The notes under the pieces: generated by a model
What the model was told of the DNA's origin: nothing
Databases searched by the model: none
The model's input: the letters and a program-made list of their open reading frames with translations, nothing else
Translations under genes and position numbers: made by a program
Assembly: GCA_963719315.1 (NCBI GenBank)
Contig: CAVRBU010000004.1
Span: forward strand, 608,001-672,000
Source of the DNA: an uncultured Planctomycetota bacterium
Lineage (GTDB): Bacteria > Planctomycetota > Planctomycetia > Pirellulales > Lacipirellulaceae
DNA: 64,000 nt
Direction of reading: 5' to 3'
Shown here: positions 1 to 10,522 of the stretch, piece by piece
How the letters are laid out: each line of letters begins with the position of its first letter
Numbering within the stretch: the stretch's first letter is position 1

Positions 1-1
1 A

Positions 2-1927
2 CGCATAGTTCATCGGCACTGGAAGGCTGCGCGAGGCTTCGCGTTTGGCGGCATCCTCGTAGGCTTCGCATGGCCAGGGGCCTTCGGCCAGGAACACACC
101 GTCGTATTCCAAGAGTGTGCCTTTCACGAAATGGACGTTCTTAGTGGCCAGCGAGTAGCGGGAGCGATTGAGATGGTAGTCGGTCTCCGCATCGGCGACG
201 CGGCGTTGGGCGTCGAGGAACAGGTCGAGCGGGACTTTGTCGTTTTCGTAGGCGGCTTGCACAGCGCCGAGCTGGTCGCGATTGGCCGCGAGGCGATTGT
301 AGCTGGTTTGGAGCACGGCGTAGGCGCGATCCATTTCCGAGATGGCGTCGGCGGCTTCGTGGACGATTTCGCGTTGCTGGTCGCGGAGGATGGCCCGCTC
401 GCGAGCGAGGAGCAACTCGGCGTTGCGCTCGGCCACGTGGGCCTCACGGAAGCCAATCGGCATGTTGAGTTCGAAGCCGAGCTGCCATTCCTGGAAATTG
501 CCGGAGGTCAGATTCTCGTAAGCGTTATCAAACTGCTGATTCGGCGGCGCCGGCGGCGGCGCTTCGGGGAACAGGGAGTCGCCGAAACCGCGCCAGCGGT
601 AGCGGCCGACGGCATCGAGCCGCGGCAGCAAGTTGTTCTTGCTGGCAATCAACTCGAGCTCGCGGCGACGAATCTGCCACTTCTGGCGGCGGAGCTCGGC
701 GCGGCGCGTGGTGGCTTCGCAGGTGACCTGGCTCCAATCGAAATCGACCTTCGCGGCGATGGGCTCGTCCTTCGGACGAATGAGTTTGCCGCCGCTGGGC
801 GGAAGGTTCATCAAAAGTCGCAGCCGGCGCTCGGCCAGCAACACGCCGCCGGTCGTGCGGAAAGCGCCGCTGGGCAGGCCGTTCCAATTACGCGATTCTT
901 CGTAAGGTTCGCCGCTGAGGGCGTTTTGCACGTCTTGTTGGAAGGCAAAATACTGCGAGCGGGCCTGGGCTTCCTTTTCCGCTTCGCCGCCGCGGCGGTT
1001 GACTTCGTACAGGGCGTAGATCTTACGCCACGTATCGAGGGCCGCGTCGCGGGCTTTGACGCGCGCGTCGAGCACGCGGTAGCCGTAGTACAAATCCCAG
1101 TAGGCGTTCTCGACGTTGCTCACGAGGTCGCGGACGGATATTTCGAAATCGGTGAGGGCCACATCGGAGTTGAGGCGGGCGAGGAGCACACCGGTGTACA
1201 CGCCGGGCACATTCTGCGGGCCCGCGATGCGATTGAATTCCACGCCGGCGCCTTGCAACAACGGCTGGCGAATCTCGGCCTCGACATTCGTGTTCCACGC
1301 GCTGGGGAAGAGATTGCCGGGCGCGTTGTTGGCGTCGTAATCGACATTGTGTCGAACCGTGAACTGGGTACCAGTGACGGATTTTTTGGTGATCGCGGCC
1401 TGGAACACACCCGCGTCCTGGAACAGGATGCGGGTACCGCCGCCGAAAAATTCGTTGTTGAGCGCGCGATGGTTCTTTTCCCAAAACACGCTAGTCAAGA
1501 ATTGGGCGTCGAATTCGCTGAGCGCGGCTTCGATGCCGGTCCGCGGATCGGTTTCGACCGAGGCCGGGTCGAGCGTGGTGCGCGTGGTTGCGGGTGCGCG
1601 GACGACCGCGCCGCCGAGGTCACGCAGGACTTTCGAGTTTTCGAGCGTGAGGTGAATCGCTTCTTCGAGCGTCATGTCCCAGTATTCGGGAGTGCCCTCG
1701 GTTTGAATTGTCCACGGATGGGGCGATGCCAGCGACTCGTCGGCAATCGCTTGCGTGCAGCTCGACTCGGTCGGGTACTCGATCTCGGACGCGACCTTCT
1801 CATACGTGCCCGGCGGCACATTCGCATGGAACGGGCGCCGGTCCTTCATCAGGAAGCAGCCACCGCTGGGCAACACCATGGTGCTGGACAGGAGCAGAAT
1901 CAGAAGTTGACGAAGCCGATCTTGCAT
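2..1927 (-). CDS. TolC-family outer membrane efflux protein (planctomycete type), 3' end runs off the window
   Basis: Missing from the ORF track because no stop lies in the window. Hand translation from ATG 1927: MQDRLRQLLILLLSSTMVLPSGGCF (lipoprotein-like signal)...YWDMTLEEAIHLTLENSKVLRDLGG...QAAYENDKVPLDLFLDAQRRVADAE...LAEGPWP. Divergent from HlyD genes. Confidence 0.8.
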   Translation of the reverse strand, partial: MQDRLRQLLILLLSSTMVLPSGGCFLMKDRRPFHANVPPGTYEKVASEIEYPTESSCTQAIADESLASPHPWTIQTEGTPEYWDMTLEEAIHLTLENSKVLRDLGGAVVRAPATTRTTLDPASVETDPRTGIEAALSEFDAQFLTSVFWEKNHRALNNEFFGGGTRILFQDAGVFQAAITKKSVTGTQFTVRHNVDYDANNAPGNLFPSAWNTNVEAEIRQPLLQGAGVEFNRIAGPQNVPGVYTGVLLARLNSDVALTDFEISVRDLVSNVENAYWDLYYGYRVLDARVKARDAALDTWRKIYALYEVNRRGGEAEKEAQARSQYFAFQQDVQNALSGEPYEESRNWNGLPSGAFRTTGGVLLAERRLRLLMNLPPSGGKLIRPKDEPIAAKVDFDWSQVTCEATTRRAELRRQKWQIRRRELELIASKNNLLPRLDAVGRYRWRGFGDSLFPEAPPPAPPNQQFDNAYENLTSGNFQEWQLGFELNMPIGFREAHVAERNAELLLARERAILRDQQREIVHEAADAISEMDRAYAVLQTSYNRLAANRDQLGAVQAAYENDKVPLDLFLDAQRRVADAETDYHLNRSRYSLATKNVHFVKGTLLEYDGVFLAEGPWPCEAYEDAAKREASRSLPVPMNYA

Positions 1928-2248
1928 GCCGCGCGAGTGTCCAGCGAGTATTCAACGGTGAGGCTTGCCGGCGCACGGTGCGCCGGCAGTATCCCCCGGA
2001 ATCGCTACTGATTAATCGGCAGGCAGAGTCGGCCTCATCAGTATTTTCGTTACTATCGCCGCACGCTTTGTAAATTGCCCACGCTGCGTGACGCTGTGAC
2101 GATTATTCGGGTGGTGCGGCGCTACGCAGGACGGCAGCTTATGCCAGCGGAACACGGATTGAATAGCGGGACGATGTTCTCAATGAAAGCAGTGACATCA
2201 CGGGCCAAAGACGCTGCGAAGTTAGCCAATCTGGCTATACTGAGAGAT

Positions 2249-4361
2249 ATGGCCGCTCCTCTTTCGACGGGCGGTGCGCCGCTGGAGTCGCAAACCTGGG
2301 AAGAGTTGGAAGACGTCTTCGCCGCTCTGGGCCAGTTGGCTCGCTCCACCGTCGCGCCGCACGAATTCTATCGCACGGTTCTCGACCAGAGCGTGCGCGC
2401 GCTGTCCGCCGCGGGCGGAGTCGTGTGGTTTGCGCGGGCGGCGGGGCGATGCAGCCGATCGTACAGCTGGGGAGGGCCGGCGCCGAAGCAGCTCGAAAAG
2501 ATGATGCGCGGCGAGCACACGAAGCGCTGCTGCTCGAAGCGGTAACGGAAGGCCGCGTGTTCAGCATTGCGCCGCACACGGTGGATGAGGAACATCCCGA
2601 CGCAGCGAATCTAACCGATCACTTGTTGGTACTGGGACCGGTTAACGTTCTTACCGATGACGAAGCCGCGGGCGCAGAAGAGAATTCCAATCGTGGGGCG
2701 ACGATCGCCATTATCGAGCTGTGGATGCAGCGCGATGCAAGCCCGGCGACTTACCGCGGCTGCGAGCAGTTTCTGACAGCCGTTTGTGAGTTAGCGACCG
2801 ATTACCATGCGTTTCACGAATTGCGACGGCTGCGGCAAGAGGAGCATCATCACGCCTTGTTGCTGGAGCTTGGCCGGCTGGTTCACGGTCCATTGAATTT
2901 GTCGGCGACGGCGTACGCTGTGGCGAATGAAGGGCGGCGGGTTGTCGATTGCGATCGATTCAGCGTGTTGGTCGTGCGCGGGCGGAGTTGCCGCTTGTTG
3001 GCCGCGAGCGGCGTGAGTCGCGTGGAGCGGCGGAGTGGCGCGGCGCGGCAATTGGTAAAGGTGGCCGAACTGGTTCGGCGGACGGACGAGCCGGCATATT
3101 ACTCGGACGGCGAATGCGATGCGCTGCCGCCGGTAGCTGAGGCGATCGCGCGACACGTTGAGGAATCGCATGCCCGGCACGTTGCGGCGATTCCGCTGCG
3201 ACTGCCCGCGGAAGCGAATGCGGATGATGCCGCGTTGACGAAAGATCGGCGTCGAAGTTCGCAATCCTCGCGGCCGCAGTTTGTGTTGATTGCCGAGCAA
3301 TTCGACTCGCGCGAAGGCGAATTGAGACGCGACTGGCTCGTGGAAGTGGCTGAGGTTTCGACGACGGCGTTGTACAACGCGCTGGCGGTCGATCGGATGC
3401 CGCTGGGTTGGCTGATGCGGCCGCTGGGACGCGCGGAAGAGGCCGTGGCGGCGCATGTGACGCGCACGGCCGTCGCTGTGGCGGCGATTGCCGGCGCGAT
3501 CGCGGCGCTGGTACTGGTGCCGGCGGATTTCAAAGTCGACGCACCGGGAACGATGCAACCGACCGTGCGGCGGGATGTGTTCGCGCCGCGGAACGGGGTG
3601 GTGGACGAGGTGCTAGTGAAGCATGGGGCCGACGTGAAGGCGGGAGAACCGCTGGTGCGGATGCGCGATCCATCGCTCGAGTTGGAACTCAAACGCGTGG
3701 ATGGCGAGCTAGAAACGGCCCAGCGGCAGCTCGATGCCGTGCGGGCTACGAAGACGAATCGAGCGATTCGCGACACAAGCCCCGTGGAGTCGTATCGGCT
3801 ATCGGCCGAAGAGCGCGAGCTGGAACAGAAGGTGTCGAATTCGCGGCGCGAATTGGAGTTGCTCAAGCATGAGCGCGAGCAGTTGGTCGTCACGAGTCCA
3901 ATCGCGGGGCGAGTGTTGACGTGGGACGTTGGTCACCAGTTGCTCGCGCGGCCGGTAGAGCGCGGCGAAGCGCTCGTGACGGTGGCCGATTTGTCGTCGC
4001 CATGGCAGTTGGAATTGGCGGTGCCGGACGATCGGATTGGATACGTGTTGGCTGCCCAAAAGAAAACGCAACCGGATTTGGCGGTGCGGTTTCGGCTGGG
4101 ATCCGAAGATCGCGCTTCACACATGGGCAAGATTGCCGAAGTCTGCCAGACGGCCGATCTGCCTACGGAAAAAACAACGCGGCCGACACCAACGATCCTT
4201 ACAAAGGTGTCGTTCGATTCGATTGAGCTGGTGGCTTCGCTGGGTGGCGAACTGCGACCGGGCGTTTCGGCGCGGCGCAAATCGAGTGCGGACGGCGACC
4301 GATCGGTTACGTTTGGCTGCACGATATTTGGGACAAGGCTTGGGAGTGGTGGAAGTTTTGA
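2249..4361 (+). CDS. GAF-like domain plus HlyD/biotinyl-lipoyl membrane-fusion protein; apparent frameshifts near 2432 and 4275
   Basis: N-terminus MAAPLSTGG...FYRTVLDQSVRALSAAGG in ORF 2075-2545; body in ORF 2425-4365 (TAYAVANEGRRVVDCDRFSV, VFAPRNGVV..V.V..G..V..GEPL, SPIAGRV); C-terminus in a shifted frame AQIECGRRPIGYVWLHDIWDKAWEWWKF* ending 4361. Confidence 0.75.
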
Positions 4362-4512
4362 GTAGGCCAAGAGCTGAGTGTCGAGAGTCAAGAGCCAGAA
4401 ATGGGAACACCGCGGATTGCACCGATACCACGGGTGGAAATGCAAACGAAGAGTCTTTGAATTTCTCCGGGCTATCCGGATATCCGTGGTCACAAATGTT
4501 GTGGCAAGGTTT

Positions 4513-5424
4513 ATGAGCAACCGTAACATTCATGTTTGCGTACTGGGCGCGGCCGTATATGCCGTTTCCGCGATAGCCCACGCGACGGAAAACTCGCTGC
4601 CGCCAAACAAAACGGTGGCGGCAGCGGCGATCGATGTTGAGTCCGTGGTGCTGCGGCTGTTCGAGGAGGCGGAGGTGCCGGCTCAGGAATCGGGGCTCGT
4701 CATGGGCGTCGCCGTGCGCGAGGGGCAGCGGGTGAAGCAAGGTGAGTTGCTTGCGCAGATCGACGATCAGGTGCCGCGGCTGGCGGCGGATGCGGCCAGG
4801 GCGAAATACGATATCACGCACGAGAAGGCGACGAACGACGTAAAGATTCGCTACGCTCAAAAGGCGCTCGAAGTCTCCGAGGCGGAGTTGCGGCGTTCGA
4901 CGGAGTCGATCGAGAAATATGCCAAGAGCGTGTCGCAGTCGCAGCTCGATGTGGAGCGGCTCACGGTACAGAAGAATCGACTGGAGTCCGAGCAGGCGGA
5001 ACACGAACAGGCGATCGCCGTGTTGGAAATGAAAGAGCAGGAGAACGAGTTGAATGCGGCGAAAGCGCAGATCGCGCGGCGGCGGATCGTCGCGCCGTTC
5101 GATGGGGCGATCGTGCAGGTCTATCTACGAAAGGGCGAATGGGCGGAGCCGGGGCAGAAGGCGCTGCGGATCGTAAACACCGATCGGCTGAAGGCCGAGG
5201 GTTTCATTCGGGCGGATGATGCAGCGGCCGTGGCGGCCGGCAAAGCAGTCGCGCTCGTCATCGAGATAGGAGGGAAGCCGCAAGCCTTTGCCGGAAAGGT
5301 TGCATTTGTCAGCCCAGAGGTCGATCCGATCACGGGACAGGTTCGCATTTGGGCGGAGATCGAAAATAAGGAAGGCCGATTGCGCCCGGGGCAGGCTGCG
5401 AAGATGAGGGTGGGTGGTCCATAG
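4513..5424 (+). CDS. Efflux periplasmic adaptor (membrane-fusion) subunit
   Basis: Signal peptide; VPAQESGLV..V.VREGQRVKQGELL; coiled coil; IVAPFDGAIV; VAFVSPEVDPITGQVRIWAEIEN...LRPG. Confidence 0.85.
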   Translation: MSNRNIHVCVLGAAVYAVSAIAHATENSLPPNKTVAAAAIDVESVVLRLFEEAEVPAQESGLVMGVAVREGQRVKQGELLAQIDDQVPRLAADAARAKYDITHEKATNDVKIRYAQKALEVSEAELRRSTESIEKYAKSVSQSQLDVERLTVQKNRLESEQAEHEQAIAVLEMKEQENELNAAKAQIARRRIVAPFDGAIVQVYLRKGEWAEPGQKALRIVNTDRLKAEGFIRADDAAAVAAGKAVALVIEIGGKPQAFAGKVAFVSPEVDPITGQVRIWAEIENKEGRLRPGQAAKMRVGGP

Positions 5425-5496
5425 TCCGTCGTCCGTTGCAGCAAGTGACATTGCATATTGCAACGGACGATGACGGTGAACAGGCCAAGTAAACGT

Positions 5497-7714
5497 ATGA
5501 AAACTCCACTCTCATCTATCGATCGGCCGACCGCATTGCGGGTGAGGGCGGATTTGTTGGCGACGCCAGTCGAGAGCGCGGGGGCGATGACTTGGATCGT
5601 GAAGGATCCACTGACGTTAGAGCATTTTCAGTTTTCGGCGGAGGAATACGCACTTCTCGATTGGCTGCGAGAGCCGGTGAAGATCGCGGAGTTGCAGCGG
5701 TTGTTCCAACGCAAGTTTTCGCCGCAGACGATCACGCCGCAAACGATTTGGGACTTTTTGAGCCGGCTGCACGGGACCGGTCTGCTGGTGAGCGACTCGG
5801 TCGGCCAAGGACGAGAACTGCTAGCGCGTCGTGAGCGGGAAAGCGTGCGGCGGCTGGCGTTGTCCTGGACCGGGCTGCTCGGCATTCGATTTCGTGGAGT
5901 GGATCCGGATGCGTTTCTTACGGCGGTGCACGATCGTTGCCGGTGGCTGTTTTCGCCCGCGACGTTGCTATTCGCGATGGCGGTCGTGCTGTGGGCGCTG
6001 TCGCTCGTCGTCGGCCACTTCGGCGAATTTCGCTATCGGCTGCCGGAGATATCGGCGCTGCTGGATTGGCGGAATTTGCCCTGGTTGCTCGTGGCGATCG
6101 GCACGGCGAAAGTGCTGCACGAGTTGGGTCACGCGCTGGTGTGCAAACACTATGGCGGCGAAGTGCACGAGATGGGCTTCATGCTGTTGGTGTTCGCGCC
6201 GTGTTTGTATTGCGATGTGAGCGATGCCTGGCGGCTGCCCAGCAAGTGGCGGCGGATCGGGGTTTCGTCGGCGGGCGTGTTGGTGGAGTTTGTGCTGGCG
6301 TCGCTGGCCACGATCGTGTGGTGGCACGCTCAGCCGGGCGTCGTGCAACTTGTGGCGCTCAATATCATGATCATCTGCACACTCAATACGCTGCTCATCA
6401 ACGGCAACCCCTTGATGCGATACGACGGCTACTACATTTTTTCCGACCTGGTCGAAGTGCCGAACTTGTGGCAGCGATCGCGAGAGGCGTTTCGGTATTT
6501 TTGGTCGGAGTGGCTCTTAGGACAGCCAACGTCGGATGACCCTCTGCTCCCAGCGCGGCAACGGCCGTGGTTGGCGGCCTACGCCACGTTTTCAAAAGTT
6601 TATATGTCGATCGTGTGCGTGATGATTGTGTGGGGATTGGCTAAGACGCTCTCGCCTTACCACTTGGAGAACTTGGCTTACATGGTCGGCCTGACAGTAT
6701 TCAGCGGTGCGCTGGTGGGTCCGGTGACGAACGCGGTTGAGTTCGCGCGGAATCCGATCCGCCGGGCGGAATTGCGGAAAGATCGCCTGGCAATGGTGGC
6801 GGCGGTGTGCTTGGCGGTACTCGTCGGGGTGCTTGTGATGCCGGTCGATTACAACGTTTCTGCGCCGCTGGTATTGATGCCCGAGGACGCGGCGCGGGTG
6901 TATGCGACGGTGGAGGGAACGCTCCAAGAGATGCTGCCGGCAGGCAGCAAGGTTGCGCGCGGCGACACGATCGGAAAGCTAGACAACTCTGAAGCGGAGC
7001 TGGAGCTCGCCCGGTTGGAGGGCGAGTGCCGGCTGCGGCAGTTGAGAGTCGAGCACTTGGAACGGTTGCGGGGCGTCGATCGTGAGGCCAATGACCAACT
7101 ACCCACGGCCCGCACGGCACTCGCCGATAGCCAGCGGCGATTGGACGAACGGCAGAGTGAAGCGAAACGGTTGACGCTTACAGCACCTGTCGATGGTGTG
7201 GTACTTCCAGCGCCGCGGCTTCCAGCAACGCATGCGTCAGACGGTCGCTTGGCGAAATGGACCGGTTCGCTACTGGAGCCGACGACACGCGGGGCGCACG
7301 TCGAGGCCGGCACGCTCACTTGTTTGGTGGGCGATCCGAAGCGGCTGGCTGCGGTGCTGCTTGTGGATGATGCGGATGTAAAGTTCTTGCAGCCAGGGCA
7401 GCATGCCCGGCTACGCATCGACGAAATACCGGGCCGCATCCTTACGGGCGAAGTCGTCGAAGTCGCGCGGCATGAGACGGAAGCAAGTGACCAATCCAGG
7501 GCGGCCCGAGCTGATCTCGCGCCGTTGCTGGCCGGGCTCGTAGCGCCTGGCCATGAGGGCGCTCGATTACGAAGTACGCGTGAAGTTCGATGACGTGGAT
7601 GCGCCAGCGCTGGTGATCGGCGGGCGCGGTGAGGCGAAAGTGGCGGCGGAGCGGGTTACGCTGGGGCGGCGGATTTTGCGATCCATTGCGCAGACATTTA
7701 GGCTGCCGATATGA
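5497..7714 (+). CDS. Site-2 protease (M50) family membrane protein fused to a HlyD domain; frameshift near 7562
   Basis: HELGH zinc motif, NGNPLMRYDGYY motif, several TM helices, C-terminal lipoyl/coiled-coil region (LTAPVDGVV). C-terminus continues in a shifted frame YEVRVKF...QTFRLPI* ending 7714. Confidence 0.85.
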
Positions 7715-7765
7715 GGCGGTACTGATCGTCGAAGCGACCAGTCGGTTGGAATCGCCAACGTGCGG

Positions 7766-8635
7766 TTAGGGAATCGCGAAGATCAGGCCGGTATAGATGC
7801 CGCCGGCGGAGGCGGCGGCGACGGGGTCGCAGGGGGGCCAGTGCCAGCGCCATGGATTGCCGCATGTGCCTGGGCGATAGTGGCCGAGTGTGTACACGCA
7901 TTCGCCAGGACAATTGGCGGCGATGCAGTACGGCAAGCAGGGGACGGTGCCGAAGAAGTGGGCCGCGGACGCGGCGGATTGCAGGCAATTGCCGGGGCAG
8001 CAGCAACACCAGCAATCATTGCAGATGTAGCCGTAGCGTTCGGCGTTGATCTCCTCGAAATATAACGGCTGGTAGCAGAGACAGGTCGCTTCCCAGTTGT
8101 AACAGAGCACGGGCCAGCAGCGGCAGGCGCCATTGGGACCCGAGTTGATTTGATTCCAACACGGCGTGGCGAAATCCGTCGGTGCCTGGCCAGCGGGTTG
8201 GGCGATGCTGATGCCGAGTTCGCACAGTGGCTTGAATTGAGCAGCGGCGCAAGGGTCTTTCGTCGCGGCGGCCGTGGAAGTGGGCGTGTTGGCAGGCGCA
8301 TCGATCGCGGGTTGCTCCGGATTAACAATGATCGGCGCTTGGAAGTTTGCCGGCTTGGCCTCCTGCCGGGTGCGTTGTGGCACATAGGCGGCGGCGTCTA
8401 CGGGGGAGTCGCTGAGCACGGTTTCAAAGGGGTCCGTTTCGGTTTCGGTTTCGATGGGGCCGAAGGGATCGGATACTTGTGCTTCTGACATCTCTTCGGG
8501 CTGGACCTCGGTTGGCTCGGCGAGCGCGGTCCCGCACGGAACAATCAGCGCGACCAGTATGGCCAGTACAACGGCCTGGGCTGTGACCGGGAGGATGGAC
8601 CGACGAAACGGCCGGCGATTGGTGTAAGCACGCAT
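7766..8635 (-). CDS. Secreted Cys-rich planctomycete-type hypothetical protein
   Basis: Signal peptide, acidic linker, WEATCLCYQPLYFEEINAERYG and YTLGHYRPG motifs typical of planctomycete hypotheticals; CNDCWCCCCPGNC stretch. Confidence 0.7.
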   Translation of the reverse strand: MRAYTNRRPFRRSILPVTAQAVVLAILVALIVPCGTALAEPTEVQPEEMSEAQVSDPFGPIETETETDPFETVLSDSPVDAAAYVPQRTRQEAKPANFQAPIIVNPEQPAIDAPANTPTSTAAATKDPCAAAQFKPLCELGISIAQPAGQAPTDFATPCWNQINSGPNGACRCWPVLCYNWEATCLCYQPLYFEEINAERYGYICNDCWCCCCPGNCLQSAASAAHFFGTVPCLPYCIAANCPGECVYTLGHYRPGTCGNPWRWHWPPCDPVAAASAGGIYTGLIFAIP

Positions 8636-8841
8636 ATGAAGGCACCGCTATCGGAGGAGACGAACGAAGAGGATCCCGCGCTCCCTGTTTTCGGCAGTTT
8701 GCCGCCTGGGGGTTGAGCTTTGTGTGGGAATTTGGACGGGGCGGAAGCAGGCTGGCTAGCATCCCGGACGGGGGGCGGGGACGCGGCAGCTCGACAGACG
8801 GGGTGGCGAGAATCGTCGCAAGTTTCCGCGCCGCCACGAGA

Positions 8842-10371
8842 GGGTGGGCGTCTTTTTTGTTGGTGGTATTAGACGGCAGTCTGATACCAGAAGCCTTCCC
8901 ACTGTCCGGGCTGGCCGAGGAACAGGGCGCGGAGGTGGCAGACGCTGTCGCTGCCGGGCTCTCGCCAGCGCATCCCGCTGCCTTTGAGCCGTCCTCCCAC
9001 GACCAGCTTGCACGCGGCTTCCACCGGACCGGAGCCGATCATCCAACCGCGGGTCAAGTACGTGGGATAGTCCATGCGATGGACGTTGTTCCGCACGTAT
9101 TGTGCTTGTTGTCGGTAGCACTCCCGCTGGGCCTCGTTCCAGTCGCTCTGATCGAGCGATTCCCAACTGGCCACGAGCGCTGCTCCTCCTTCGTGCTTGA
9201 GCTTGTGACACCAGTCACGTTGTCGTTTGGCAAAGGCGCCGTCATCGCCCGGGTGAAGCGCACGAGCCAATTCGGCCACGTGCTCACTGGCATGGTAAAA
9301 GTCGAGGATCCGCACCGCCAGCGGCGCGTTCTTCTCGATGAAACGCTCCAAGCAAGGAGCGCCGTCGGTCAGCGCGATCTGTTGCTCGGCGTGGTCCCAG
9401 CCGACCTGCGCGGCCTGCCGGCGCCATTGCAGCCCCAAATCGTCTAAATCATGAAAACCGGCCAAATACCGCACTTGGTGTGGATCTTGGGCTGGTTGTT
9501 CCTCGAACGGCGAACGCGCATTGAAGACCATCGCCACCGCGGCCATCCGCGACTCCGCCGGGCCACCGCCGATGGCCTGCTGCGGCACCCCCGTGTGATC
9601 GACGGCCAGGTAGGCGCAGCGCCGACCCTCGGCATCCCGTTGCCAAAGCCAGTCTTCCTGGGGGCCAAACGTTTGCTTGGCCGCGAGTTTCGCTCCCAAG
9701 CGTTGGCCCGCTTCTTCCGTGACGCGCAGCACGGTCGACTCCGCCAACCGAATGCCACTCATGCGGACCAAGGCTCGTTCGGCCGCCAAGCCAAAGCTGC
9801 TCAGCGTGCCGGCCAGCGACGCCAGTTCCTCCGCGCCGGGCGTGACGTGCCGCGGGGTGAGGCCCAGCCGCTCGTCCCAGGGCTGCTGGCTCGCGCCGCA
9901 CTGGCAGCAGTAGTAATAGGTCCGCGTCAAACGGATGTCTCCCAGCAGGCTGACCAATCCTTTCGTTCGCCAGTCGATGAACTTCGCGCTGCCGCCGCAG
10001 GAGCAGGCTAAGCTAGCTCCCTGATAAGCGCCCCTTTTTTACACACTCGTTGGTGGCGGTCTCCAGCACGTTCGCTCCCAAATCGAACAACATGTCCCGC
10101 AACTCGAACTCGCCGCGGCCCAACAACTCCTCGGGCTTCTTCGCCGCCATCATCCGCGCCATGTTCTTCAACTGCTGTTCGGCCTGGCCCTTGAGCGACT
10201 CGTAAATCCGCTCCGCCGCCGCTTCCTCTTCCGCTGTCAGGTCCAGTTCCAACGCCTTGATCTGCTTGGCCATCGCTCTGCTCTCCGGTCTTCGAGTTCG
10301 AGAATTACCCCCCAATTGTCACAGACCCTTCAGCAGAGCAGATTTCCCCCCAACAATCGAGACGCCTACCC
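8842..10371 (-). mobile_element. ISKra4-family insertion sequence (1530 bp)
   Basis: 25-bp imperfect terminal inverted repeats: gggtgggcgtcttttttgttggtgg (8842-8866) versus the reverse complement of the right end gggtaggcgtctcgattgttggggg (10371-10347), 20/25 identical. They enclose the transposase. No clear target duplication. Confidence 0.85.
8869..10273 (-). CDS. ISKra4-family DDE transposase in two ORFs (10273-10013, then about 10032-8869)
   Basis: orfA MAKQIKALE...GRGEFELRD...VKKG; orfB CSC...YYYCCQC zinc ribbon, LAVDHTG, LTDGAPC, ILDFYHASEH, IGSGPVEAACK, RLKGSGMRW. Junction at AAAAAAGGGG. Confidence 0.85.
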
Positions 10372-10522
10372 TATAGGACACCACCCCTCCGCGATTTGAT
10401 TGCCCTTTTTCGACGCAGTAGTTTACAATCGAAGAGTGATTGCCGATTTTCCAGGCGATGGGAACATGAGATGAGCAATTGGGTCGGGCAGGCAATCCGC
10501 GCTGAAGTCGGGCTCGGCCTTC

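Noticed and set aside
131..2011. 626-aa + strand ORF
   Set aside because: Codon-for-codon antisense shadow of the TolC gene; no recognisable motifs.
7766..8635. RiPP precursor for the M50/HlyD cluster
   Set aside because: 289 aa with a Sec-type signal, convergent orientation and no modifying enzymes nearby.
8713..10011. + strand ORFs 8713-9447 and 9451-10011
   Set aside because: Antisense to the ISKra4 transposase.
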